A DNA stretch of 64,000 nucleotides, taken from assembly GCA_965202655.1 (NCBI GenBank), contig CBDBBK010000002.1:1170528-1234527 (forward strand), read 5' to 3'. Below are positions 34,748 through 43,101 of this stretch, piece after piece. Numbering within the stretch: position 1 is the first letter of the stretch; each line of letters starts with the position of its first letter. The DNA comes from Vicinamibacterales bacterium (GTDB lineage: Bacteria > Acidobacteriota > Vicinamibacteria > Vicinamibacterales > UBA8438). The notes beneath the pieces are model-generated. The model did not search any database and was not told the origin of the DNA. It was given only the letters and a program-made list of their open reading frames with translations. Made by a program: the position numbers and the translations under genes.

Positions 34748-35428
34748 ATGGTACGGTCCTGCCGCGTGCCGACGAAATGCGCCTTCGGCAATCGCAACGC
34801 CAACTTCCACGCGTTGCAGGTTAGCGGTGTCCCACTACGAGATCGCCGGGTGCTGGAGATCGGTTGCGGCAACGGCTACCTCAGCGAGTACGTGCGGGGT
34901 CTCGGCGCCACTGTCGTCGGTTGCGACATCACGTTGCCGGAGGCACCGCCAGACGTGCAATTCGTTCAGGCTGATGGTGCGGCGCTTCCGTTCGGGCAGC
35001 ACTTCGATGTCGTCCTGAGCTTCGACGTGCTGGAGCACATTCCCGACACGGATCAACATCTGCGGGAAGTTCGCCGCGTCCTGCGTCCGGGCGGCTACTA
35101 CGTGTTGCAGACGCCCAACAAGTTGACGAACGTGATATTCGAGACGATTCGCTGGCGGAGCTTCACGGCCTGGAAGGCGGATCACTGCTCGCTTCACACG
35201 CTTGGCCAACTGCAGAGGCGATTCTGGTCAGCGGGGTTCTCCCTGCAGTTTCTGGACGTTCCCGTCGTCAATCAGTACTTCCTCGATAAAGTCCGCTCTC
35301 AATTGGGACAACTCGGTGTCGTTGCCGTCGCCCTGGTCAATCCGGACCGGTTTCCCCTTCGTTTCCGGACCAACTTCTACGCCGTCGCCCAACTGCGGGC
35401 CGGCCACGTCGAGGGCACGCAGTCGTGA
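34748..35428 (+). CDS. Class I SAM-dependent methyltransferase (Methyltransf_11-like)
   Basis: Motif I VLEIGCGNGYL, acidic loop GCDI, motif post-I FDVVLSFDVLEHI, RVLRPGGYYVLQTPN. Start uncertain (ATG 34748, GTG 34718 or GTG 34670). Confidence 0.75.
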   Translation: MVRSCRVPTKCAFGNRNANFHALQVSGVPLRDRRVLEIGCGNGYLSEYVRGLGATVVGCDITLPEAPPDVQFVQADGAALPFGQHFDVVLSFDVLEHIPDTDQHLREVRRVLRPGGYYVLQTPNKLTNVIFETIRWRSFTAWKADHCSLHTLGQLQRRFWSAGFSLQFLDVPVVNQYFLDKVRSQLGQLGVVAVALVNPDRFPLRFRTNFYAVAQLRAGHVEGTQS

Positions 35429-35438
35429 CCGATTCCGG

Positions 35439-36470
35439 CTATTGCGCGCCGCGCGCCAGCCTCGCTTGCCCATCCGGTCCGCGGCGTTCGTACAGTGCGA
35501 CTAGTTGGTCGAAGAACCCCCGCGCGACCAGCGCGTAACCCTGTGGCGTCGGATGCACTCCGTCAGCCAACAGGCAGGGTGGCGATCCCTCCCGCCGGTC
35601 CAGGGGGCCGTCGGTGCAGCGGCCGTCGCGGATGATGCCGTGCACGTCCACGAGAGGTATGTCTTCGCTGGCGGCGATCCGGCGGATCCGCTCGTTGTAC
35701 GGCTCCACCCGTTCCGCCCCCTGCCAGCGCGAGCCCAGCGGGGGGATCGTCGCGATGATTGGATCACGCTGCTGATCCCGCGCGACCATGACCATGCGCC
35801 GAACGGCATCCAGCGCGGCGTCGCTTCGGTCGGGATCCAGATCGTTCGTCCCTTCCATGATCAGGACGACATGCGGGTTGTGCCGCCGCAGGGCCGCCTC
35901 GAACCGCGGTAACGCATCGGTCGCCAACTCCCCCGGCAGTCCCTCGTTCGTGACGGTTATTCTCTGGGTGAAGTACCGGCTCCCTAGCAATCTCTCGAGC
36001 ACCGCCGGATACGCCGCGGCTGGCGCCACGGCGGTGCCGAAGGTCAGGCTGTCGCCGAACGCCAGGATTCGGTTCACTTCGAGTTGCAGGAAGACGGTGA
36101 TCTGCAGCGAGCAACTCGCCGTCAGTCCCAGTTGGTCGCTTGCCTCGCAGGTGACGGAGTGGTGACCAACGGAGAAGCTGGATCCGGACGGCGGCGTGCA
36201 GGTGACAGCGACCGGAGCGAGTCCGCCGACAACGGTCGGGCGATCGAAGGTGACGCGGGCCGTTTCGCCGTTCGGCGATTCGGCCGGCGGGCTGACGGGG
36301 CAGACGAGCGCGAGTTGCTGCACCCTGTCGGGCGGGAACAGGGTCGGCGCGGTCGGCTGCGTGGTCGTTTCCGCGCACGCCGCCATGGTAACCAGCAGGC
36401 TGAGGGCCGCCACCGAACGGCGTGCGGGATGCGGCGCCGGACGGCGCCCCAGCAGCGAAGTGAACGACAA
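35439..36470 (-). CDS. Lipoprotein with HYR-like domain and SGNH/GDSL hydrolase domain (copy 2)
   Basis: Paralog of 33652..34680. Lipobox LLVTMAAC, VAVTCTPPSGSSFSVGHHSVTCEASDQLGLTASCSLQITV, FGDSLTFG, GTNDL, DGVHPTPQGY. TTG 36470 lies 8 nt after TATAGT (complement of 36479-36484). Confidence 0.8.
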   Translation of the reverse strand: MSFTSLLGRRPAPHPARRSVAALSLLVTMAACAETTTQPTAPTLFPPDRVQQLALVCPVSPPAESPNGETARVTFDRPTVVGGLAPVAVTCTPPSGSSFSVGHHSVTCEASDQLGLTASCSLQITVFLQLEVNRILAFGDSLTFGTAVAPAAAYPAVLERLLGSRYFTQRITVTNEGLPGELATDALPRFEAALRRHNPHVVLIMEGTNDLDPDRSDAALDAVRRMVMVARDQQRDPIIATIPPLGSRWQGAERVEPYNERIRRIAASEDIPLVDVHGIIRDGRCTDGPLDRREGSPPCLLADGVHPTPQGYALVARGFFDQLVALYERRGPDGQARLARGAQ

Positions 36471-36510
36471 GGCCCGTTACTATACCCCGCCGTCCACGTG
36501 TGGTGTCAGG
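35439..36510 (-). repeat. Copy 2 of the roughly 1.07 kb duplication
   Basis: See copy 1. The 3' ends of the two genes (about the last 25 codons) have diverged, while the 5' half and the promoter are highly similar. Confidence 0.8.
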
Positions 36511-38327
36511 CGGACCCGCGCGCCGAGGTAGCGCGCGTCGACGGACCCGAACCGGCCCAGCTTCGGGATGAAACCGGATGTGGTCTCCACGGACAGCACG
36601 TACGCCCAGCGCTGCAGGGAGTAGACGCCCCGCGACCGAAGCGTGACAGTGGCTTCGACGCCGGGCTGAAGGGCGATCGTCGCCGTGTCGCCTCCCAGAC
36701 TGACGGTCGCTTCGTTCGGAACCGGCGAGCTGATGGTCACCGTCACCGCCTCCAGCCGCTCCGGACTCCGGAGGATCACGTCGCCGCGCCGTTCAGCGTT
36801 CACCCAGAACTCGGTCAGGCTCGATGGGTGGACATTGTGGTCGAGCAGATACAGCATCAGTTCCGGCTCGGAGTCGTAGGTGATCCGGCTGCGCTTCCGG
36901 TCGAGTGACACGGGGAGGTCGTTGATCATCGTGAGTTCGACGGGCAGCATGCGCAGAAGGCCCCGCTCGGCAATCAGGTACGGTTCCTTCGCCGCGCTGA
37001 ACGGATTGATCAGCACGTGCGCGATGAACGCCGTGCCGCCGGCGAACGCGGCGACGGCCGGCGTGAACGAGGCGAGTCGCGGCGTCAGGAACAACAGCAC
37101 CGGATAAACGCTCAGGAAGTACCGGTTGCCGGGCGGTCCACCTCCGCCGGACCAGGTGTACGGCATGTAGGCAGCGAGAGCGACAGCCGTGAATGCGACG
37201 GTCCCAAGGGTCGCCCATTGCCACGAGCGCCGGTCGCCCCGCGCCAGCAGGAACAGCGTCACCGCGACCACGCCGGGAAAGAAGAACGGCAGAAACCCGA
37301 AGTGACGGCCGACGACGAAATAGCGGACATTCTCCGCCAGCAGCATGGCGCTGCGTCTGAGTGACGGCTCGTCGATGATGATCTCGTTCGTCGTCATCGA
37401 GACGCCGAGCGTGTCGAACGTCGCTTCGGGACGCTCGAAGGGGTAGGTGTCGTAGAAAGTCTTTCGGTTTCCTCCCTGGTAGTTCAACTCGCCCGAGATG
37501 GCCGCATTGCTCAGGAAGCCGCCCGCGGTCACTACGGCGAAGACGATGCCGATCACCGCACCGTGCGCGAACCGCCGGCGGTGCGCGGCCAGCGCAAGCA
37601 GCGGGGCGATCAGGAGAAGGTGCGATGGCTTGGAGAAGGTAATCAGCCCCAGGATCACGGCTGCCGTGATGTCGGATGCCGGTCCCCGCAGGAAGGCGCC
37701 CCACGGCCCGTCGCGTGGCGGCGCCACCTCCTTGTAACACCAGAGGAAGTAGGCGAACGTCACCGCGGCGACATGGAAGAAGTCGGAGCTGAGGAATACG
37801 GCATGCACCGGCACGATCGAAACGCCGAAGAAGGCGAGGACGTACATCAGCGCCGCGCCCGGACGCGACCGCGCCGCGACGAACGCGTAGGCAGCGAAGA
37901 CCATCCCGGCGAACAGGAGGACGTGCAGGACGAACATCCCGTTCAGGCCGAAGAGGCGGACGAAGGGCGCCGCGACCGCCGAATAGACGTACGCCTTGCC
38001 GAAGTAGAGCCGGTCGTACCCCACCTGGTCGCCCGCGCCGGTCTTGAGGAAGATCCCGGACGGTCCTTCTTCGTACACCTCGTAGAAGCGGGCGATGTCC
38101 ACCGTCTCGTAAACGAGGTCGCCATCGTACGCGGCACTCAATGCCATGGCGACGTAGGTCGCCTCGTCACCCTTCAGGCCGAAACCGGTCCGGGCGACGT
38201 CGATCGATAACGCGCCGCACGCCCCGGCGAACAGCAGCAGGATCGCGGCGACGCGGCCGGTATCCCAACGGCGCGGCGCGTGCGGTGGAGTAGCAGCGGG
38301 CGCGGGGTCGCCGGTTTCGGTCGACAT
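36480..38327 (-). CDS. GT-C fold membrane glycosyltransferase (ArnT/PMT_2-like) with C-terminal periplasmic domain
   Basis: About 12 predicted TM helices. GDEATY motif in the first extracytoplasmic loop, as in PMT/ArnT-type enzymes. Beta-rich C-terminal domain of about 170 aa. Family call is by pattern only. Confidence 0.7.
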   Translation of the reverse strand: MSTETGDPAPAATPPHAPRRWDTGRVAAILLLFAGACGALSIDVARTGFGLKGDEATYVAMALSAAYDGDLVYETVDIARFYEVYEEGPSGIFLKTGAGDQVGYDRLYFGKAYVYSAVAAPFVRLFGLNGMFVLHVLLFAGMVFAAYAFVAARSRPGAALMYVLAFFGVSIVPVHAVFLSSDFFHVAAVTFAYFLWCYKEVAPPRDGPWGAFLRGPASDITAAVILGLITFSKPSHLLLIAPLLALAAHRRRFAHGAVIGIVFAVVTAGGFLSNAAISGELNYQGGNRKTFYDTYPFERPEATFDTLGVSMTTNEIIIDEPSLRRSAMLLAENVRYFVVGRHFGFLPFFFPGVVAVTLFLLARGDRRSWQWATLGTVAFTAVALAAYMPYTWSGGGGPPGNRYFLSVYPVLLFLTPRLASFTPAVAAFAGGTAFIAHVLINPFSAAKEPYLIAERGLLRMLPVELTMINDLPVSLDRKRSRITYDSEPELMLYLLDHNVHPSSLTEFWVNAERRGDVILRSPERLEAVTVTISSPVPNEATVSLGGDTATIALQPGVEATVTLRSRGVYSLQRWAYVLSVETTSGFIPKLGRFGSVDARYLGARVRLTPHVDGGV

Positions 38328-38343
38328 GGGTCGTCGCCCCCCA

Positions 38344-39555
38344 TTATGAAGGATGGGCGGTCGCCGTCAGGAACTCCAGGTCGGCGTCGGTCAGACCTCG
38401 GGGCCGCCCCTCCCGCCGGCGCGTATCCATAAGCCGGTAGAGCCGCTCCATCTTGCGGACGAACGCGCCGATGTCGTAGCCGGCGCCGGTCGTGCCGGCG
38501 GCGGCAGCGAGTGCCGCGCGGCGGTCGGGGTCATCCAGCAGCCGGACGATGGCGTCGGCGAGGGCCGCCGCGTCGCGCTTCGGCACGATAACGGCGTCGT
38601 TTCCATCATGCAGGATGTCCGACAGCCCGTCGGCGTCGGTCGCGACGATTGGCCGCCCGGCGGCAAGCGCTTCGAACGCGGTGAGCGGCGTCCCCTCCCA
38701 GAGCGACGGGAAGACGACGAGGTCGAAGGCGCAGAGCGCCCCTGCGACGTCGCGGGTGAAGCCGGGGAAGTGGACCCGATCCGCCACCCCCACTTCGCGG
38801 GCCTGCCGTTCGAGATCGGCCTGCAACTCGCCTTCGCCGACGATACAGAGATGGACGTCCGGCGCGGCGTCGAGCACGCGCGGCGCCGCCGCCACCAGGT
38901 AATCGTTGCCCTTGGACGGCATGAGCCGCGTGATGGTTCCGACGATCCGGCCGTCGGTGGGGAGACCGAGGGCCGCCCGCGTCGCGCGGACTTCCGTGTC
39001 GCTGCTCGGCCGTGCGAACTCCGCGACCGGCGCGCCAAGGTAGACGACATGTGTGCGCGCCGCGGGCACGAGGCGTGCGCGCGTGACGAAGTCCGCGGTC
39101 GAACGCGACACGGCGATCGCCAGATCCGTGTACGGCACGAGCAAACGGTCAGCCACTTTCTGGAACCAGGGCGTATCGGTCAGGTTCGCGTGTTCGTGGA
39201 GCACGACGGGCCAGCCGCGTCGCGCCGCCGCGAGGCGTCCGAACGTCGTGGCGCCGTAGCCATGCAGGTGCAGAACGTCCGCTTCGCGCCGGTCCAGCTC
39301 CGCCAGCAGTGCCGGGAGCGTCATCGGATCGAACTTTGACCGCGACATATAGGTGACGTCGATGCCGTAGTCCTCCAGCCGATCCTCGGATGTGTCGGGT
39401 GCGCGCAGGCTGACCAGGCTGACGTTGAAACGTCCGGCGTCGAAGGCGGGGATCATCCAGGCGAACAGCCGCTTGACCCCATGCATGCGCGAGCCGGGCC
39501 ATCCCAGGTGATCGCAGATCTGGACGATGTTCAGGCGGCGGTCGGTCACAGCCAT
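38344..39555 (-). CDS. GT4-family glycosyltransferase
   Basis: GT-B signature near the C-terminus: FPSLWEGTPLTAFEALAAGRPIVATDADGLSDILHDGNDAVIV (EX7E-type). N-terminal NIVQICDHLG. Confidence 0.9.
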   Translation of the reverse strand: MAVTDRRLNIVQICDHLGWPGSRMHGVKRLFAWMIPAFDAGRFNVSLVSLRAPDTSEDRLEDYGIDVTYMSRSKFDPMTLPALLAELDRREADVLHLHGYGATTFGRLAAARRGWPVVLHEHANLTDTPWFQKVADRLLVPYTDLAIAVSRSTADFVTRARLVPAARTHVVYLGAPVAEFARPSSDTEVRATRAALGLPTDGRIVGTITRLMPSKGNDYLVAAAPRVLDAAPDVHLCIVGEGELQADLERQAREVGVADRVHFPGFTRDVAGALCAFDLVVFPSLWEGTPLTAFEALAAGRPIVATDADGLSDILHDGNDAVIVPKRDAAALADAIVRLLDDPDRRAALAAAAGTTGAGYDIGAFVRKMERLYRLMDTRRREGRPRGLTDADLEFLTATAHPS

Positions 39556-40532
39556 CCCCTTTCACGGTACCAGGCGGCGGTCCGCTGAATTCCCTCCGGC
39601 AGATCGATCACGGGCTCGAAGCCGAGCTCCCGCCGGGCGCGTGAGCCATCGAAGGCACGGCTCTTGGTGAAAAAGTCGACGCGGCGGCGGTAGAGCGGCG
39701 GTTCAAGCCGGAGCGGAACGCAGACCAGCTCGCACAGCGCTCCCGCGAGCCAGACGGGTGCAACCGGGACATGCCAGCGGGGCGGCGGGACACCGAACTC
39801 CACCGCGATCATCCGCACCAGTTCCGCGAGCGTCGTATAGCGCGGTCCGGCCAGCAGATAGGTCCGTCCCGCAGCGGCAGGAGTTTCGCCGCAGCGCCGG
39901 AAGCCTTCGACCAGATCGTCGATGTAGGTGAGGTGATAGAAGACCTCTCCGCGCCCGATCATCGGAAAGCGGCGGCGTGCAATGGCCCGGAACATCTTCA
40001 GGAAGCGGGTGTCGCCGGGGCCGTAGATGCCGATGGGCCGGGCGACGACGACCTCCAGGCCGCCCGTCTCGCCTGCCGCCCGCGCGATCCGTTCGCCCTC
40101 CAGCTTCGACGCCTGATAGACATCGCCCGGCGCGAGGGGGGCGTCTTCGTTCGCCGGTGGCTGTTCGATGTGGCCATGTACGCCGCCGGTGCTGCAGTGG
40201 ACGACGCGCCGGACGCCGGCCGTGCGCGCCGCCGCCAACAGCGCCCGCGTCCCCTCCGCGTTTACCGCATGGTACGTCGCGTCGGAGTGTCCCGCCGTCC
40301 GGTAGGTTGCGGCAATGTGGTAGACGACGTCGATGCTTTCGCAGGCGGGCGTGAGGGACTCCGCGTCGGTCAGATCGCCGGGGAAGATCGCGATGCCATC
40401 CGCGGCAAGCGCGGCAGCGCGGGGCCGGCTCGCCGGGCGGACGAGGCCACGGACGGTCTGACCCCGCGCCGCGAGGTGCCGGGCAAGATGGCCGCCCGTG
40501 AAACCGGTGACGCCGGTGACGAGGACGGTCAC
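39546..40532 (-). CDS. NAD-dependent epimerase/dehydratase (extended SDR)
   Basis: Rossmann motif VLVTGVTGFTGGHLARHL, catalytic YQASK, and a length of about 328 aa. Overlaps neighbours by 10 and 4 nt. Confidence 0.9.
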   Translation of the reverse strand: MTVLVTGVTGFTGGHLARHLAARGQTVRGLVRPASRPRAAALAADGIAIFPGDLTDAESLTPACESIDVVYHIAATYRTAGHSDATYHAVNAEGTRALLAAARTAGVRRVVHCSTGGVHGHIEQPPANEDAPLAPGDVYQASKLEGERIARAAGETGGLEVVVARPIGIYGPGDTRFLKMFRAIARRRFPMIGRGEVFYHLTYIDDLVEGFRRCGETPAAAGRTYLLAGPRYTTLAELVRMIAVEFGVPPPRWHVPVAPVWLAGALCELVCVPLRLEPPLYRRRVDFFTKSRAFDGSRARRELGFEPVIDLPEGIQRTAAWYRERGWL

Positions 40533-41752
40533 GCTCGGTCCGTCCCCGACGCCAGGCGATCACCCGAGTCAGGCGGCGTGTCGAGCAGGTGCGCGTAGGC
40601 CGCCGCCGTGCGCGACACGTATGACGCCCGGCTGTAGCGCGACTCCGCCAGTGTGCGTGCCGCCTTGGCCAGCCGCGTTCGTTCCTCCGGCCGATCGATC
40701 AGTGCCGCCATGCCCTCCGCAAGGGCGACAGGATCCGGCGGCACGAGCCGCGCCGTCTCCGGCGTGAGTACCTGGGTGTGCGTCCGTAGATCGGTCGCCA
40801 CGATCGGCCGTCCCGATCGCAGGTACGAGTAGATCTTGAGTGGCGTATTCGTGCCGCTGATCCGTGGCGACACCAGAATGTCGCAGGCGGCGACGAAGCT
40901 GGCTATCTCGTCCGGTGGACGCTGTCCGGTAAAGACGAGGGGGCTGCTCACCCGCTCGGCCCGGTCTCGGGCCGCGTCCACCTGGGCTGGGGTGCCGCCT
41001 ACGACGAGGACGCGTGCGGCAGGATGCGAGGCATGGAGGCGCGTCGCGGCGTCGGTCAGCAGGTCCAGGCCCTGGTACGGTTCGAAGGTTCCGGTGTAGA
41101 GGAGCACCGGCTGATCCGCATCGAGACCGTAGCGTGCGCGCAACGCATCTCTCGGCGTCAGAGTCGCGTGTTCGACGTCGCCGCCCATCACGTTTTCGAC
41201 GAGGTGGGCGCGGTTTCCCGCACCGAGCGCGATCGCGGTGTCCTGCAACTCCTGGCAAATCGTGACCACCACGCGCGAGCGCCCGACCATGGTTCGCTCC
41301 ACCCATTCGAAGAGCCACTGCGCCGCCGCCAGCCGCGTGTAGCGGAAATTGCGGAGTTGCTGCGGCAGGCTGGAGTGCATGTCGTACAGGTGAGGCACGC
41401 CGATCCACGACGCGAGCCATACCCCGAGCAGACCGGCTTCCTCGTGCGAATGGATCGCCGCGTAGCGCCGGCTCAACGCCAGACGCGTCGCCGTGATCGC
41501 CAGCAGCATGTCGAGAAACACCTTCACGACGGAGGGTCCGACCGGGACGCGGCGAACGAATGGCAACCGTGCGCAACGGTGGATTTCCAGGTTCGCAATC
41601 GCGACATCGGCGCCCAGGGGGTAGGTCACCAGGTCGATCCGGTATCCTAGTTCCGACAGCGCCTTTATTCGGTGGTACTCGCTGAAGGGGGTGCCTCGCG
41701 GCTCGAAGAAGGGCTCGGGCGCGAGCATCAGGATCCGAGCGGAAGCGTTCAC
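40529..41752 (-). CDS. GT4-family glycosyltransferase
   Basis: RILMLAPEPFFEPRGTP N-terminus typical of GT4. C-terminal SPRISGTNTPLKIYSYLRSGRPIVATDLRTHTQVL. Start uncertain (GTG 41752 or ATG 41728). The track start at 41836 adds an Arg/Pro-rich extension. A TATACT box (complement of 41816-41821) is a candidate operon promoter. Confidence 0.85.
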   Translation of the reverse strand: MNASARILMLAPEPFFEPRGTPFSEYHRIKALSELGYRIDLVTYPLGADVAIANLEIHRCARLPFVRRVPVGPSVVKVFLDMLLAITATRLALSRRYAAIHSHEEAGLLGVWLASWIGVPHLYDMHSSLPQQLRNFRYTRLAAAQWLFEWVERTMVGRSRVVVTICQELQDTAIALGAGNRAHLVENVMGGDVEHATLTPRDALRARYGLDADQPVLLYTGTFEPYQGLDLLTDAATRLHASHPAARVLVVGGTPAQVDAARDRAERVSSPLVFTGQRPPDEIASFVAACDILVSPRISGTNTPLKIYSYLRSGRPIVATDLRTHTQVLTPETARLVPPDPVALAEGMAALIDRPEERTRLAKAARTLAESRYSRASYVSRTAAAYAHLLDTPPDSGDRLASGTDRA

Positions 41753-41891
41753 GCTGTTCGGCCGTCCCGGCGGGCTGGTCGGTGGCCTGAATCGGCCTCG
41801 CCCTGAAGCCCGCGCAGTATAGCATGCCGGCCGCACGCGACCCGTCGGGCTCTGTCGCCGACGGGACTTCTTTCCGATACTAGGGCTGAGA

Positions 41892-43091
41892 ATGACTACA
41901 CGCCGTCAGGGCAGGGTAATTGGCTGGTGCATCGCAGCTTCCGTCGCTGCCTTGTCGGGTTGTGGCGTCGAGAAGAGCCGGAATCCGCTCAGCCCCTCGA
42001 TTGCCGGCCCCATCGAAGGAGTGAGCATCAGCGCGCCGAAGCCGGTGATGTTGGACGCCGGGCTGATCCGTGTGACCGATCAGCCGATCACGCTTCAATT
42101 CAATGCGGCCACGTCGGACAGTGAACGGCCATTCTGGTACGAAATCGAGGTCTCGACATCCGACAGGTTCGATTCACTGGTCCATGAGGCCCGGGAGGTG
42201 CAACCGTCCGGGGATGCGACCGAGTCGTACCGGATTCCGGTGCTCGATGCCGAGCGGCAGTACTTTTGGCGAGTCCGGGCACTAGACGGTGCGAACACGG
42301 GACCGTACTCGGAGGAGGCGGTGTTCGAGGTGTACACACCGGTCACCGTCGGCCGTCCCGCGCCGGTTTCCCCGGTCGGAGCCACGACGGTGGACGGATT
42401 GTCGGCCACGCTCACGGTCCGCAATGCCCGGGTGACCGGGCCGGCCCGGAACGTGCGATACGAATTCCAGTGGGCAGCGGACGTCAACCTGTCACAGGGC
42501 GTGGGCACGGCCACGGCGCCGGCCGGCGACGGCAACACGTCCACCACGGTACACAATCTACAGTCCGGGGCACGGTACTACTGGCGCAGCCGCGCGGTGG
42601 CGAACGGTCGCGCGCCGGCCCCGGTCGCGGGCGCGTGGTCGCAGACGGAATCGTTCATGACACCGTCGCCTACCGTCACACCCCCTCAGCCCCCCCGTCC
42701 GACGCAGACGCCGCAGACCGCGCCAGGCAAGGGCCAATGCTGTCCACCGCCCAATCGATTCTCGGTTGTTCAGGCCGTTATCAGCGCGACCGGCAACCTG
42801 TATCGAGAAGACATCCAGCAGTTCACGCAGCGCGTGGCGGAGTGTCTTGCGGCCGAAGATGGAGATTGGGGGCGTCGATTGAACGACTCGGGCGCGGTCG
42901 GCAAGGACACGGTCGCGTATCGAACGTCGAAGGGCCGTGGCAGTGGCCCGTACAGTATCGACATCATGCGTGGCGCGGAGAGTAGCGATCCCCATCCGCA
43001 CTGGACCATCCAGTCGCACAATGGCATAGAGGGCCGGGTCGGAGGGAGTTGGTTCGCGGTCAATGGTGGCAACTGCATCCTCCCGAGGTAG
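41892..43091 (+). CDS. Lipoprotein with two beta-sandwich modules (YxWRxRA signature) and a Cys-containing C-terminal domain; unknown function
   Basis: Lipobox AALSGC. Module signatures QYFWRVRALDGANTGPYSEEAVFEV and ARYYWRSRAVANG...GAWSQTESFMT. Pro-rich linker PPQPPRPTQTPQTAPG. C-terminal domain begins GQCCPPPNRF. Confidence 0.6.
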   Translation: MTTRRQGRVIGWCIAASVAALSGCGVEKSRNPLSPSIAGPIEGVSISAPKPVMLDAGLIRVTDQPITLQFNAATSDSERPFWYEIEVSTSDRFDSLVHEAREVQPSGDATESYRIPVLDAERQYFWRVRALDGANTGPYSEEAVFEVYTPVTVGRPAPVSPVGATTVDGLSATLTVRNARVTGPARNVRYEFQWAADVNLSQGVGTATAPAGDGNTSTTVHNLQSGARYYWRSRAVANGRAPAPVAGAWSQTESFMTPSPTVTPPQPPRPTQTPQTAPGKGQCCPPPNRFSVVQAVISATGNLYREDIQQFTQRVAECLAAEDGDWGRRLNDSGAVGKDTVAYRTSKGRGSGPYSIDIMRGAESSDPHPHWTIQSHNGIEGRVGGSWFAVNGGNCILPR

Positions 43092-43101
43092 CGGTCTGTG
43101 C

